From a virus (Duplodnaviria > Caudoviricetes): a DNA stretch of 64,000 bases. Position numbers and translations under genes: made by a program. The DNA lies in IMG/VR virus record IMGVR_UViG_3300032219_001867, positions 1-64,000 of that record; one strand, given 5' to 3'. This document shows, piece after piece, positions 8,461 to 17,324 of this stretch (position 1 is the first letter of the stretch; the number at the start of each line of letters is the position of its first letter). The notes beneath the pieces were generated by a model. That model had not been told where the DNA came from and ran no database searches. It was given only the letters and a program-made list of their open reading frames with translations.

Positions 8461-8690
8461 GTTTGACCAACAAAGAACTAAGCAATCTCATAGCCGATGC
8501 AGAAGAACAAGGTTGGGTGGTAGGACGTAGAGCAAACGGGCATTTGAAGTGGGTTAGCCCAAAAGGTGAAGTGGTGTTCTCATCATCAAGCCCGTCTGAC
8601 CCAAGAGCAGTAAGCAATATCAAGCGTGACCTACTCAGGTATGGGCTTATCAAGTTAGAACGAAAAGGAAAAAAGAAAACGTGGATGTAG
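8457..8690 (+). CDS. HicA-like (dsRBD-fold) RNase/toxin
   Basis: 77 aa; GW.V.R...GH.K pattern, basic. Confidence 0.65.
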   Translation: MSLTNKELSNLIADAEEQGWVVGRRANGHLKWVSPKGEVVFSSSSPSDPRAVSNIKRDLLRYGLIKLERKGKKKTWM

Positions 8691-8965
8691 ATGATGCGCT
8701 ATGTGCTCAAACTGACCCAGACCTGTTCTTCCCAGAACCAGGACACACTACCCAAGCCTCAGCAGCAAAGCGTATCTGTATTGCGTGTCCCATTACCGTG
8801 GAGTGTCTGGAACTTGCCCTTGCTATTCCCCGCTTAGAAGACTATGGCGTATGGGGAGCAACAGCACAGAAAGAACGAGAAGCGTTCCGTAAAAATCCAC
8901 AGGCAAAGCGGCAATTCCTAATCAACCTCGACATCAAGAAGAAAGAATTGGAAAATGGAAAATAA
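8681..8965 (+). CDS. whiB: WhiB-family transcription factor
   Basis: C-x-TDPDLFFP...CIAC...C...GVWGA. Confidence 0.92.
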   Translation: MDVDDALCAQTDPDLFFPEPGHTTQASAAKRICIACPITVECLELALAIPRLEDYGVWGATAQKEREAFRKNPQAKRQFLINLDIKKKELENGK

Positions 8966-9149
8966 TTGGCTTACCTCTCATGAGGTTGCAGAGTTGGCGG
9001 GAATCCCATACGCCTATCTGTGGACGTATCGTAAGCGCGGGACATTCCCAGAACCTGACCACTACATAGGCAACAAGCCTTTGTGGAGCAAGCAGACCAT
9101 AGAAGCATGGGACTTCAATCCTTACAACGCACGAAAGGAAGAGCAATGA
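8955..9149 (+). CDS. AlpA/MerR-like HTH DNA-binding protein
   Basis: LTSHEVAELAGI...YRKRGTFPEPD...PLW. Confidence 0.8.
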   Translation: MENNWLTSHEVAELAGIPYAYLWTYRKRGTFPEPDHYIGNKPLWSKQTIEAWDFNPYNARKEEQ

Positions 9150-9316
9150 GCAAAGAGCAAAGTTGGTATGTATACGGAGAATTAGCGGCTCGTAACAGGA
9201 TTATTGCTCAACTTGAAACCGAGTACTGGGTATTTAGAGACGGCACACCTGACTGGAAAGACCCTAGGAACATACACTTGAAAAACGTCATCGAACGAAT
9301 CAAAGGAGATAAGTAA
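9146..9316 (+). CDS. small helical protein (G...RxRII family)
   Basis: Start moved to ATG 9146; GELAARNRIIAQL. Confidence 0.65.
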   Translation: MSKEQSWYVYGELAARNRIIAQLETEYWVFRDGTPDWKDPRNIHLKNVIERIKGDK

Positions 9317-9555
9317 TGAATACTTCTGAGAAAGATGTATTAGACGATGCCATTAGCATCATGCGAGATGAACAACGTTACGCGGTTCTCTCAGAGAACG
9401 TAGGTCGGTCTCATTGTCTCCGCTGTGCTACCACTACCATTTCGCAACTGTGGTTGTTAGAGATGGCCCGTGATTCCAGCAAAGACTTACCAACAGAGGC
9501 AGAAGAACTACGCCAAGCGGTATTGAATCTTGCTTACGCGATTGTAAAGGGGTAG
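9316..9555 (+). CDS. hypothetical protein
   Basis: 79 aa, AAGGAG RBS. Confidence 0.7.
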   Translation: MNTSEKDVLDDAISIMRDEQRYAVLSENVGRSHCLRCATTTISQLWLLEMARDSSKDLPTEAEELRQAVLNLAYAIVKG

Positions 9556-9559
9556 TTTC

Positions 9560-9757
9560 ATGCACGGAGAAACATGGTGGGAAATTGCTACCGACCCCAA
9601 TCACATCATTGCAGAACTAATTTGGACAGTCATCTTTGACGGGCTATTTGTCTGGTTCTTTTATCGAGTAGTGTTCAAGAAGTTTCTGTTACCCAAATTG
9701 CGTAAAGACATTCACAAGGAGATTGACCAAGAGCACGGCATTGAGCATCACGAGTAA
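9560..9757 (+). CDS. small membrane protein
   Basis: One hydrophobic segment, His-rich C-terminus. Confidence 0.7.
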   Translation: MHGETWWEIATDPNHIIAELIWTVIFDGLFVWFFYRVVFKKFLLPKLRKDIHKEIDQEHGIEHHE

Positions 9758-9761
9758 AGTT

Positions 9762-9808
9762 TGTGTAGGGCGTGGAATACGTTAGTCACACGTTTCATGC
9801 CCTACACA
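9762..9808. terminator. hairpin between convergent transcription units
   Basis: TGTGTAGGGCGTGGAA/TTTCATGCCCTACACA at the +/- strand junction. Confidence 0.65.
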
Positions 9809-9825
9809 CCACTGTTATCAGATAA

Positions 9826-11331
9826 CTACTCTTCTATAGACTGGCGAATAATCATGGTCGTTTCAGCCTCATTGAGAGGCTGTTCCATATCTCTCAAAGC
9901 CTGTGCGCGGTCTCCAAAGATGGCAGACAGCACACCACCAGAAGACTGGCGTTCGGCAGTAATGCGCACGAACTCTCGGTTCTCTTCTAGCTCCTTGACA
10001 GTCTTAACAAGCTTGAACAGTCTGTCCATTTCTTGTGACGTATTCGGGTCGGCATACCCACCGTTTACTTCCTCTGCATATCGCATGAAAGCCACTCTTT
10101 GCCCCTGCATTTCAATGATTGAAGTCAACAAAGCCTTGAGTTGGTCACGAGTCTTTACCTCAATAGGGAGGTTGAAAGCGCAAGTATTATCAGGCTTGAA
10201 AGCAGGACAAGAAGCAGCAACAAAGCAAGTGTTGCACTGGCGCAAAGAAGCACCTGTTGTTCGCACCACAGGCACATCTTTTAGGACGTCGTTGCCATCA
10301 TCATCTGTGTCTACGATGGTCTTCATGTCGTATCCAAATACGGGTAGAGAAGTCATCTCTTGTGGGTCTCTTTGGACTAGTTCTGTAGCCTCAAGTTTCC
10401 GCACTTCGGAGGCACTGTTATTAGAAGCACCCCCCATGAAATCCATCAAACCGGTGTATAGGGTATCATCACTGTTATCAGATACTAGTGGCTTTTTACC
10501 ACCTTTGATGGCCTTGAGGTCTGGCTTATCCTTGTCCATCGTCTTCTCCAACTGTAAGTATGACCATACTGCTACTCTTGTTGCTTCTAATGTGTCATCC
10601 AACACAAACTTCTCAAAGTCTAGCCCAGCCTGGGTGACTACCGCTTTGTATCTGGGTCTCGCTTGTGCTTTCATACGTTTGGGATACCGCACCAATTTAG
10701 AGCCGTCCCAGACGATGGTCTCACCACGACGCATAGGGGAAATCCACGAGAGCGTCGAAGCAGTATCAAACGGTATTTGCCTAAGGTTGTCCGGCTTAGC
10801 CGTAGCAAGGGCGTGGAACTTGACAGGGTTCTTTGACTTCAAGTTCCGAACCATAGAGGCGAGGGTCATGTTCTCTTCGATGGTCGAATACGGGATGGCT
10901 ATGTTGTCGTATGTCGTCGCCCAACGCTGTAAAACCATAGAGCCGTACTTGTCATGCCAGACCACCCACATCTTCGGGTCATTCTCAAAGGCAGCCCTGT
11001 TTTGCTGAATAGCGTTGAGCCCCAAGGTCTGGCTATCAAACTCTACCCAACCTTCAATTCGGTCATGGTTCAGAGCAATAAACTCTTCGTAGTCTGCCGC
11101 GTATTCTTCGAGCTCGGCTACAGAAAGGTTAGCCTTATCAGCCTGAGTAGCACCGGAGTCTACCCACACTTTCATTCCTGGAAAGAAGTGCTCGTCAATA
11201 AGGTAGACCTTAGTCTTAGGAAGACCACGTTTACGCAAGCCCCAGTAAGAGAGCATGACTTGTTCAACGCCATTGCGTTCAAGAAGAGTCCTGTTACTAG
11301 GAATCTCTACGCCACCAAATATAAGTTTCAC
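9826..11331 (-). CDS. tRNA-guanine transglycosylase/DpdA-like TIM-barrel protein with C-terminal Cys cluster
   Basis: MLSY, VWVDSGA, EFD, VWH, KFHAL and PFDTASTLSW in TGT-family order; CxxC-x5-C-x8-C. Confidence 0.6.
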   Translation of the reverse strand: MKLIFGGVEIPSNRTLLERNGVEQVMLSYWGLRKRGLPKTKVYLIDEHFFPGMKVWVDSGATQADKANLSVAELEEYAADYEEFIALNHDRIEGWVEFDSQTLGLNAIQQNRAAFENDPKMWVVWHDKYGSMVLQRWATTYDNIAIPYSTIEENMTLASMVRNLKSKNPVKFHALATAKPDNLRQIPFDTASTLSWISPMRRGETIVWDGSKLVRYPKRMKAQARPRYKAVVTQAGLDFEKFVLDDTLEATRVAVWSYLQLEKTMDKDKPDLKAIKGGKKPLVSDNSDDTLYTGLMDFMGGASNNSASEVRKLEATELVQRDPQEMTSLPVFGYDMKTIVDTDDDGNDVLKDVPVVRTTGASLRQCNTCFVAASCPAFKPDNTCAFNLPIEVKTRDQLKALLTSIIEMQGQRVAFMRYAEEVNGGYADPNTSQEMDRLFKLVKTVKELEENREFVRITAERQSSGGVLSAIFGDRAQALRDMEQPLNEAETTMIIRQSIEE

Positions 11332-11813
11332 TCGAAGTTCAAACTTTCGGTGCGTGTCAATCTCATGTCTTTAGTGCGAAGTTCATTCTGTCTTTCAATA
11401 GCCTTTTCAATTTCTCCCCAGGCTCTTACGCGAGAAGGTGCATCAGGTCTGAACTCGGGGCGGGTGTACGAAGGCATAGCAAACATTACGCAAGCAAGGC
11501 CAAGGTCAAAAGCAAAAGCCCAATGGTTGGGGTTACCTGTAATGAACAAGTCAATAGCACCCCTAGACCTAGCGTACTTAAGTTGGCGTTCAATGAGGTC
11601 TTCGCCGTCAATACCCACAGTTTTATCAATGATGTTGTCGAAGTCAACTATCTTGTGTACGTTCAACCAGTATTCGGTGTCCTCAAAACTAGACGAAGAT
11701 AGATAGGTCAGACGGTTAAAAGCCGTGAGAGTAGAGACCATAACAACGCCAATGGGAATGGGTTTGTCGTTGTGGTCTCTGAGAGTTCCGTCTAGTTCAA
11801 CAAATATCTGCAC
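11328..11813 (-). CDS. HAD-fold (PNK 3'-phosphatase-like) protein, motif I altered
   Basis: IFVELDGTL (canonical DxDGT); YLSS motif II; T..WL. Confidence 0.6.
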   Translation of the reverse strand: MQIFVELDGTLRDHNDKPIPIGVVMVSTLTAFNRLTYLSSSSFEDTEYWLNVHKIVDFDNIIDKTVGIDGEDLIERQLKYARSRGAIDLFITGNPNHWAFAFDLGLACVMFAMPSYTRPEFRPDAPSRVRAWGEIEKAIERQNELRTKDMRLTRTESLNFE

Positions 11814-11822
11814 AGAAGTAGT

Positions 11823-12278
11823 CTATTCGTATTCCTTTTTGTAATCATGGAAATCGTTAATGTGATTTAAAAACTCATGGGGAGTAAAAAGCCCTTTTTC
11901 GTAGGGTTGCTCTCCCCATTTTGCGCTGTAATCATGGATGTTCGTAACCTCTATGGGACCGTGAACAGGGTGATGATGCTCAATGTAAGCTCCTCCCCCC
12001 CAGGTATGCTTCCACCCATCGGGCTCTCTATGCTGAACTTCCAGTTCTTCGCTGCTATCTTTGCCAATCATACTCTCGGGAAAATGGCGAGCACGAGACA
12101 GAAAAACTGCATCTCTATGTGCAGATTCTTCTTCGGGAGTAGTTGGGCCTCCAAAAATGGCGGAAACTTTGTTCCAAATATGTTCCCCCATTGCTTCACC
12201 GCTAATTTTACTCTCTTCATTTTTTGAAAAATTACGCCCCATAATGTCATCAAACTGTTTACTATCTTCGGGGTTCAT
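11823..12278 (-). CDS. orphan protein
   Basis: 151 aa; SKQF...MGRNF near the N-terminus. Confidence 0.7.
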   Translation of the reverse strand: MNPEDSKQFDDIMGRNFSKNEESKISGEAMGEHIWNKVSAIFGGPTTPEEESAHRDAVFLSRARHFPESMIGKDSSEELEVQHREPDGWKHTWGGGAYIEHHHPVHGPIEVTNIHDYSAKWGEQPYEKGLFTPHEFLNHINDFHDYKKEYE

Positions 12279-12784
12279 TAGTTTAAAGCTTTCTTAGTAG
12301 TGGTTCGAGAAGAAACTAACTCAGTCATGCTTGGAGGAGCAATCTCTGGGTATTCTGATGCAGCCCTTGAGAGTCCTTGAACGTAATCTTTATCTGTGTA
12401 AAATCCTGAGTTGTATTCTGCGCCCATTTCACTTTTGCGCTCATTTTCAATGCGACGCCCATTATGAATCCTCAAGGCGGAGAGAGCAGACTCCTGGTTT
12501 CCCCCATGCAAGGCGACAACAGCTTGGTAATCTTCTGGGGAGTTGCTGTTTAAATACTGACCCATTGTTTTTTCGTGCTCATCTTCGCTACCAAATAGCT
12601 CTTTGTAATTAGACTTAGGCCCAACCGTTACATGAAACAACTTGCCAGTGTACTGGTGGTGCGTCAAATACCCGTTTGGAGTCTCTACACTGTCAGTGTC
12701 TATTGGATTACGGTCTCCAATAGTTTTATGCCAAGTATCCGTCCAAGGATTTTTATACGGAAGAAATTGTTTTCCAACTTCCAT
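12278..12784 (-). CDS. orphan protein
   Basis: 168 aa; starts MEVGKQF; TAATG coupling. Confidence 0.7.
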   Translation of the reverse strand: MEVGKQFLPYKNPWTDTWHKTIGDRNPIDTDSVETPNGYLTHHQYTGKLFHVTVGPKSNYKELFGSEDEHEKTMGQYLNSNSPEDYQAVVALHGGNQESALSALRIHNGRRIENERKSEMGAEYNSGFYTDKDYVQGLSRAASEYPEIAPPSMTELVSSRTTTKKALN

Positions 12785-13683
12785 TACGACCTCCCGTAAA
12801 GGGCTGAGGCGCGAATAAGGTCATGGGCATCAGGGAGGTTGACGCCGTAGAGTACATTCTCCCGCTGTTCTTTTACAACATCGTTGTGTTCTCGGATGCT
12901 TCTGAGCATTTGAACAGTCCCCTCACGTTTACCGGCTTGCCAACGGTAGTTGTGGAAGTCTCGATAACCTTCACCTGTGGGGGAAAAAGCTAGTGAACGG
13001 TTATGGTGAATCTCATCAAACAAAGCAGTTCCTTGTTCAGAAGCGGCTTGGAGGCGCGTTTCTGCGTTGCGTCGAGTGGCATCATTGTACGCTACGGACA
13101 CGTCGTTCATTGCGGCTTCAAAACGGGTGGCAATCTGTTGTGCCATTGCTTTGTCGCTGGCAATAGCGTTTTCCCACGCAGGTTCTTGAGGAGGAGTAGC
13201 CACAGGGTCTGGGGTTACTGTCCACTCGTCGTACTTGATGTCGTAAGCTGCGTATGGGTTAATGTTACGAATGTCTGTAGCTCCGTTGTTGACGTAAAAC
13301 GTAAGCTCAAACCCATTCCAGTCATCTGTTTTTGGTTGCAATCCTGCACGGAATTGCTCATTCATCGTCTCGCTAATCTCACGGTCACTAAGACCGGCAA
13401 ACTCAGGATTAGTTTTACGGAACTGGATGTAGTCTACCCCTACTAGACAATCAAGGTCTTTGGGTTCTCTGGCAGCTGACCACTGGTATGAGACCCCCGA
13501 ACCAGCTAACCAAGGGTGTGCCCAAGTATCTGACTGTTGATAATCTTTTGCGAGAAAATCATGAAGCAGTGAGGTGATTCCCTGGCGTACCCAGGAACGC
13601 AGGTGACGACCCTCAAACAAGGTGGGGTCTAGAGTAGATGACGGCGCACTAAAATAAGACGTTGATGCGCCTGAAATATCCAT
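12784..13683 (-). CDS. Pol-beta-superfamily nucleotidyltransferase
   Basis: LAGSGVSYQW-x7-DLD and a downstream ELTFY acidic strand. Confidence 0.8.
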   Translation of the reverse strand: MDISGASTSYFSAPSSTLDPTLFEGRHLRSWVRQGITSLLHDFLAKDYQQSDTWAHPWLAGSGVSYQWSAAREPKDLDCLVGVDYIQFRKTNPEFAGLSDREISETMNEQFRAGLQPKTDDWNGFELTFYVNNGATDIRNINPYAAYDIKYDEWTVTPDPVATPPQEPAWENAIASDKAMAQQIATRFEAAMNDVSVAYNDATRRNAETRLQAASEQGTALFDEIHHNRSLAFSPTGEGYRDFHNYRWQAGKREGTVQMLRSIREHNDVVKEQRENVLYGVNLPDAHDLIRASALYGRS

Positions 13684-13710
13684 ATTATTAGTTTACTGGA
13701 TATACGTTCT

Positions 13711-14346
13711 TTATGAACCCCTACCCCAACGCGCAAAAGTGGCTTGCCTTCTTACGTGTGACGTCTGGCTTGAGTACCCAGCGGCTTCAGAATCTGTGGG
13801 AGGAGTTTCTTCGATGGGGTGTTTAATGGGAATAGGAACTGCCAAAAGGTCTGGTTCTTTGGCTATGCCGTGGTACTGTGGATGTCCAACAAAACGAAGT
13901 CTGAACTTGCCCGTGCGGTAAGGAACGTCTCCACTGTAAAAAGCCTGGGGGTATTCTATGTTCCTTGGGTCACCTTCTAGCTGGTAACGGTGAGTGAGCG
14001 TTGCGTGACCATCCCAGCGTTTACGCTTAATAGTGTAGGCCAAAGTTTCTTTGGCTTTTTTGTACGCCGTGTTGTGCGCTTTCTTATTGTAACTATTAGT
14101 TGCTTCTTGGTGTTCTTCGCGCAGCTTACCTTCACGGTCATAAATAGCTACGTGGAATCTCTCATTGATTCGCTTAGCAGACTCTGGAGTAAACGGTTTA
14201 CTATCTGCTCCACCAAACTCTTTTTCGAGGGCTTTGCGGGCAGCGAGCTGTTCTGGAGTAAGGCCAGCACCCATGTCGCGAGACTTTTCGGCTAAAGTAG
14301 CTTGCTCAAAGTGCTCTTGTAGTTCTTCTGGGGTTCTGCGTTCCAT
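13711..14346 (-). CDS. orphan protein
   Basis: 211-aa ORF with leaderless TACACT promoter. Confidence 0.7.
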   Translation of the reverse strand: MERRTPEELQEHFEQATLAEKSRDMGAGLTPEQLAARKALEKEFGGADSKPFTPESAKRINERFHVAIYDREGKLREEHQEATNSYNKKAHNTAYKKAKETLAYTIKRKRWDGHATLTHRYQLEGDPRNIEYPQAFYSGDVPYRTGKFRLRFVGHPQYHGIAKEPDLLAVPIPIKHPIEETPPTDSEAAGYSSQTSHVRRQATFARWGRGS

Positions 14347-14358
14347 ATACCTAGTGTA

Positions 14359-14640
14359 CTAGGCTTCTGGAGTAATTCCTCGCTCTTTGAGAGCTTCCTT
14401 TACAGCCCCTGAAACTGTGGGCGCCTCTTTAGGAGACAGGGCTTCAAGCATCTGATTCATCATCTCCATGTTTAGTTGACGCTCAAGGTCAGCAATCAAC
14501 TTCCTTGAAGCGTCAATAATGTCAATGATGTTTGCTTCACGAGCAACTTCTTCTTTTTTGTCTTCAGGAATGTTGGGGTCAACTGAAACACTTCCGTCTG
14601 TCAAAACAGATACAGTAAATTGAAATCGAGTATTAGGCAT
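14359..14640 (-). CDS. hypothetical protein
   Basis: 93-aa ORF. Confidence 0.7.
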   Translation of the reverse strand: MPNTRFQFTVSVLTDGSVSVDPNIPEDKKEEVAREANIIDIIDASRKLIADLERQLNMEMMNQMLEALSPKEAPTVSGAVKEALKERGITPEA

Positions 14641-15196
14641 TGTACAGACCTTTCGCCATTCGTTTATTGGTGGTTACGATGCTGTGCATGGGGCAAAAAT
14701 TGCACAGATAAATTTTTGGTCCTGGGGCGTTTTCCGGACTTTCAATACCGGCTTCTTTACGCTCTTTAGCAGTATTGGGAAGAAGGCGCTTTTCAGGCGT
14801 TCCGTAATCTGGGCATCCTAGTTGAGGACTGTTGTGACGCTGGTAACACGTCATGGCGTCTTCGGCAAACTGGCTCTTGGTAGCGTAATAATTACCCTCA
14901 GGAGACATTGCGTCGAGTCCTGCGGAGCCTCCACCACGCAACTGCTGAATAATCTCTTTACGAGAACCTTCATTAGCCCACGTCTTCACTGGCAGAATAA
15001 ACAGTTTGCCCTTGTGGGGTTCTCCCGATGGGAATACGTGCTTTTCAACAGAAATTTCTAGCAAGTAATCTTGGTCTGAAGGGCCGTCATATGAAGGCAA
15101 CTCTTCGATGGAGTTGCAGACAAAACACATCAACAAACGGATAACTGGGCCATCGTGCTCGAACTCACGTTTTCCTATGAGTGGTGCTTCTGCCAT
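14633..15196 (-). CDS. Cys/His-rich putative metal-binding protein
   Basis: CFVC, H..., CYQRH...C, YLCNFCP. Confidence 0.75.
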   Translation of the reverse strand: MAEAPLIGKREFEHDGPVIRLLMCFVCNSIEELPSYDGPSDQDYLLEISVEKHVFPSGEPHKGKLFILPVKTWANEGSRKEIIQQLRGGGSAGLDAMSPEGNYYATKSQFAEDAMTCYQRHNSPQLGCPDYGTPEKRLLPNTAKERKEAGIESPENAPGPKIYLCNFCPMHSIVTTNKRMAKGLYNA

Positions 15197-15197
15197 G

Positions 15198-15773
15198 TTA
15201 TGCTTCCTGAACGTAACTTACCGCACGTCGAGCACGGTGTATTGGGTTAAACAGATTACGGATGTATTCCTGTGGGTGGTCGTAATAATCATACGAAAAG
15301 ATAACATTATCACGTTCACAGTACACCGAGTACCACAAACGCTTGTGAGCGTACATCCAAAACTTACGCTTGCTTGCGCCTACTGCGTAACGAATAACTT
15401 CAATAATTACGGTGGATACAATCCCTAGGAAGATAGCTGGGAGAAGGGAGAGGTAAGCGGTAAAAAACCACATAAAACCAAACGGGGTTTGAAAAAACAC
15501 AACGTTTACAAATATTGCCCAAAAGATGATTGACAAAAATAAAAACCCTAAAATGCTCCAGATGGTCGGTACCCCAAACTTGCGTGGTGGTACAAACCGC
15601 TGTATGAATTGACTCATACTTGTCCCGTGCATAAACCCAGGGGCAATTCCTTCTCCTGGGATAAACATAACACCAGCGTTGTTGTTATTGGTAGTGCCTT
15701 TTTCCAGTATGTTTCCTACCCAATCCAATTGGTCAGTTTTCTTACATACTGGGCAAATAATTTCCTTTTCCAT
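15198..15773 (-). CDS. membrane protein with N-terminal CxxC
   Basis: CPVC then two long hydrophobic segments; AT-rich gene. Confidence 0.75.
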   Translation of the reverse strand: MEKEIICPVCKKTDQLDWVGNILEKGTTNNNNAGVMFIPGEGIAPGFMHGTSMSQFIQRFVPPRKFGVPTIWSILGFLFLSIIFWAIFVNVVFFQTPFGFMWFFTAYLSLLPAIFLGIVSTVIIEVIRYAVGASKRKFWMYAHKRLWYSVYCERDNVIFSYDYYDHPQEYIRNLFNPIHRARRAVSYVQEA

Positions 15774-15798
15774 AACAGTTCCTTTCTGTTACAAACAG

Positions 15799-15835
15799 AA
15801 TACCCCATTAACCAGTATTTGGCTAATGGGGTATT
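15799..15835 (-). terminator. hairpin / probable terminator
   Basis: 12-bp inverted repeat AATACCCCATTA/TAATGGGGTATT. Confidence 0.6.
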
Positions 15836-15852
15836 GAGGTGTGTTTTAAGGA

Positions 15853-16200
15853 TTAATAAATCGAATCGCTACCACAACTGGGGCAATTGTGCGAGTATCC
15901 TCGATAGGGGGCACTGCTCATTTTTCCTTGCCATCCGCAGTCGTCGCATTCAGCGGGGTTGCTGTGTGACTTGCCACAATAGGCAACTTCAAAACCACCC
16001 TTGTAGTTATTGGGCTGGATGTGGGCCTTGTCCATACCACCATCACCGTAGTGCATGACGTAGTTTTCGGCGTCTTCACCCTCAAGAATTCCTGCTTGTT
16101 TCAACTCTTCGTGAAGAGGAAGTCCTGATTCAACGGACTTAGGACCGTGGTCAGGAACTCGCTTTATTGTACCGTCTCGACGGTCGTGGAAGTCTACCAT
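15853..16200 (-). CDS. orphan protein with C-terminal zinc ribbon
   Basis: CDDCGW...CPSCGS; VPDHG near the N-terminus. Confidence 0.7.
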   Translation of the reverse strand: MVDFHDRRDGTIKRVPDHGPKSVESGLPLHEELKQAGILEGEDAENYVMHYGDGGMDKAHIQPNNYKGGFEVAYCGKSHSNPAECDDCGWQGKMSSAPYRGYSHNCPSCGSDSIY

Positions 16201-16502
16201 TACATCTTTCCTTTGGGATATGTTTGATACTTACCGGCTTCTGAGTCAAAGTGGCGTTCTGCTTTACAGCCTTCAGACATACACATTTGATAGGGAGCGC
16301 CGTAATTATCTCCACCTACGGCGTACCACGAGTGCTTACCGTAGTGTGTTGCGCCAGAGTCTTTTCTTTCATCCCACTCTTGTGCGCGATTATCGTAATC
16401 AGCACCGGGGCTGTACGAACGTCCGGGTCCCATGTAGGTTGGTACACTTGCCATAAAGTTTTTACGGCGCTCATCATTAGCGCGATTAGGTACGGGTTCC
16501 AT
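16200..16502 (-). CDS. orphan protein with MEPVPNRAN N-terminal tag
   Basis: 100 aa; AGGAAAG RBS. Confidence 0.75.
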   Translation of the reverse strand: MEPVPNRANDERRKNFMASVPTYMGPGRSYSPGADYDNRAQEWDERKDSGATHYGKHSWYAVGGDNYGAPYQMCMSEGCKAERHFDSEAGKYQTYPKGKM

Positions 16503-16504
16503 GA

Positions 16505-16711
16505 TTACTTTCCTGGGTTAACCTTGTTGGGGTACTCAGAGGTGGCAAACCCGTATCCGTAGAACGGGTGCAGACTCTGCTTGTTGTCGAGGGTCTGCTC
16601 ATCGCCCTGACCGTATACGACCTCGGTGTTGGGGCGTACCTTGCGGTACTTGCCATCAGTTGCGCCTTCATTGAGGCCAGCGTTCATGGAACGCGATGTG
16701 TTGACTGCCAT
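16505..16711 (-). CDS. small hydrophilic protein
   Basis: 68 aa; AAGGAAAG RBS. Confidence 0.75.
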   Translation of the reverse strand: MAVNTSRSMNAGLNEGATDGKYRKVRPNTEVVYGQGDEQTLDNKQSLHPFYGYGFATSEYPNKVNPGK

Positions 16712-16725
16712 TTTCTTTCCTTATT

Positions 16726-17310
16726 TTATTTTTGAAAGTGGGTTTTCCAGTGGTTCTTTAAAACTTTGTTGATGTGTGCTGCTACATAATTAGGCGGAAT
16801 CGGTGTGCCGTGTAGTCCGTACCTAACGCGTCCTGTTTCATGGTCAAGAATTGCAAGATGTGACAAAGGCGCGTGGTCAGCGGAAGCCATTGCCTGTATT
16901 TCTCCAGTGTAAGGGTTTTTGTCGTAATTCACTGTCCAATTGCGAACGCTAGTAGGTTCCGGTACCGGTCCAGAATTTTTAAGACGCGTTCTGTGTTGTA
17001 TTTCTTGAGCGTTTGCTTTATTTTGACGGCGTTCTTGTTGCCGTGCTGGCTCAGCTAACTTGCTAAACCTGCCCATTACGTCTTCCAGGCTTCCTGACGT
17101 GTCTAACCGGTATACGGGCTCGCTAAGAACAACGTCTCGTGTTACCTCTTTGGCGTAACAGTTGGGACAAAGTTGAGTCTTTTTGTCAACCCGTGATGTG
17201 GGGGAGTCTTCAGCCATTGGAGAAAAACAAGAGGGACAAGAGGGGAAGTTACGCCCAACCAAGGAACTAAACGTATCGCGATTGTTAGCGCGATTGGGAA
17301 CTGGCTCCAT
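16726..17310 (-). CDS. orphan protein with MEPVPNRAN tag and zinc finger
   Basis: 194 aa; CPSC...SRVDKKTQLCPNC. Confidence 0.75.
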   Translation of the reverse strand: MEPVPNRANNRDTFSSLVGRNFPSCPSCFSPMAEDSPTSRVDKKTQLCPNCYAKEVTRDVVLSEPVYRLDTSGSLEDVMGRFSKLAEPARQQERRQNKANAQEIQHRTRLKNSGPVPEPTSVRNWTVNYDKNPYTGEIQAMASADHAPLSHLAILDHETGRVRYGLHGTPIPPNYVAAHINKVLKNHWKTHFQK

Positions 17311-17324
17311 GAAATTGCTTTAGC

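Noticed and set aside
9761-11706. Long + strand ORFs (415 aa and 250 aa) antisense to the TGT-like and HAD-like genes
   Set aside because: No RBS, the first begins inside the terminator hairpin, and the translations are Ser-rich or motif-free, as expected for shadow frames of real - strand genes.
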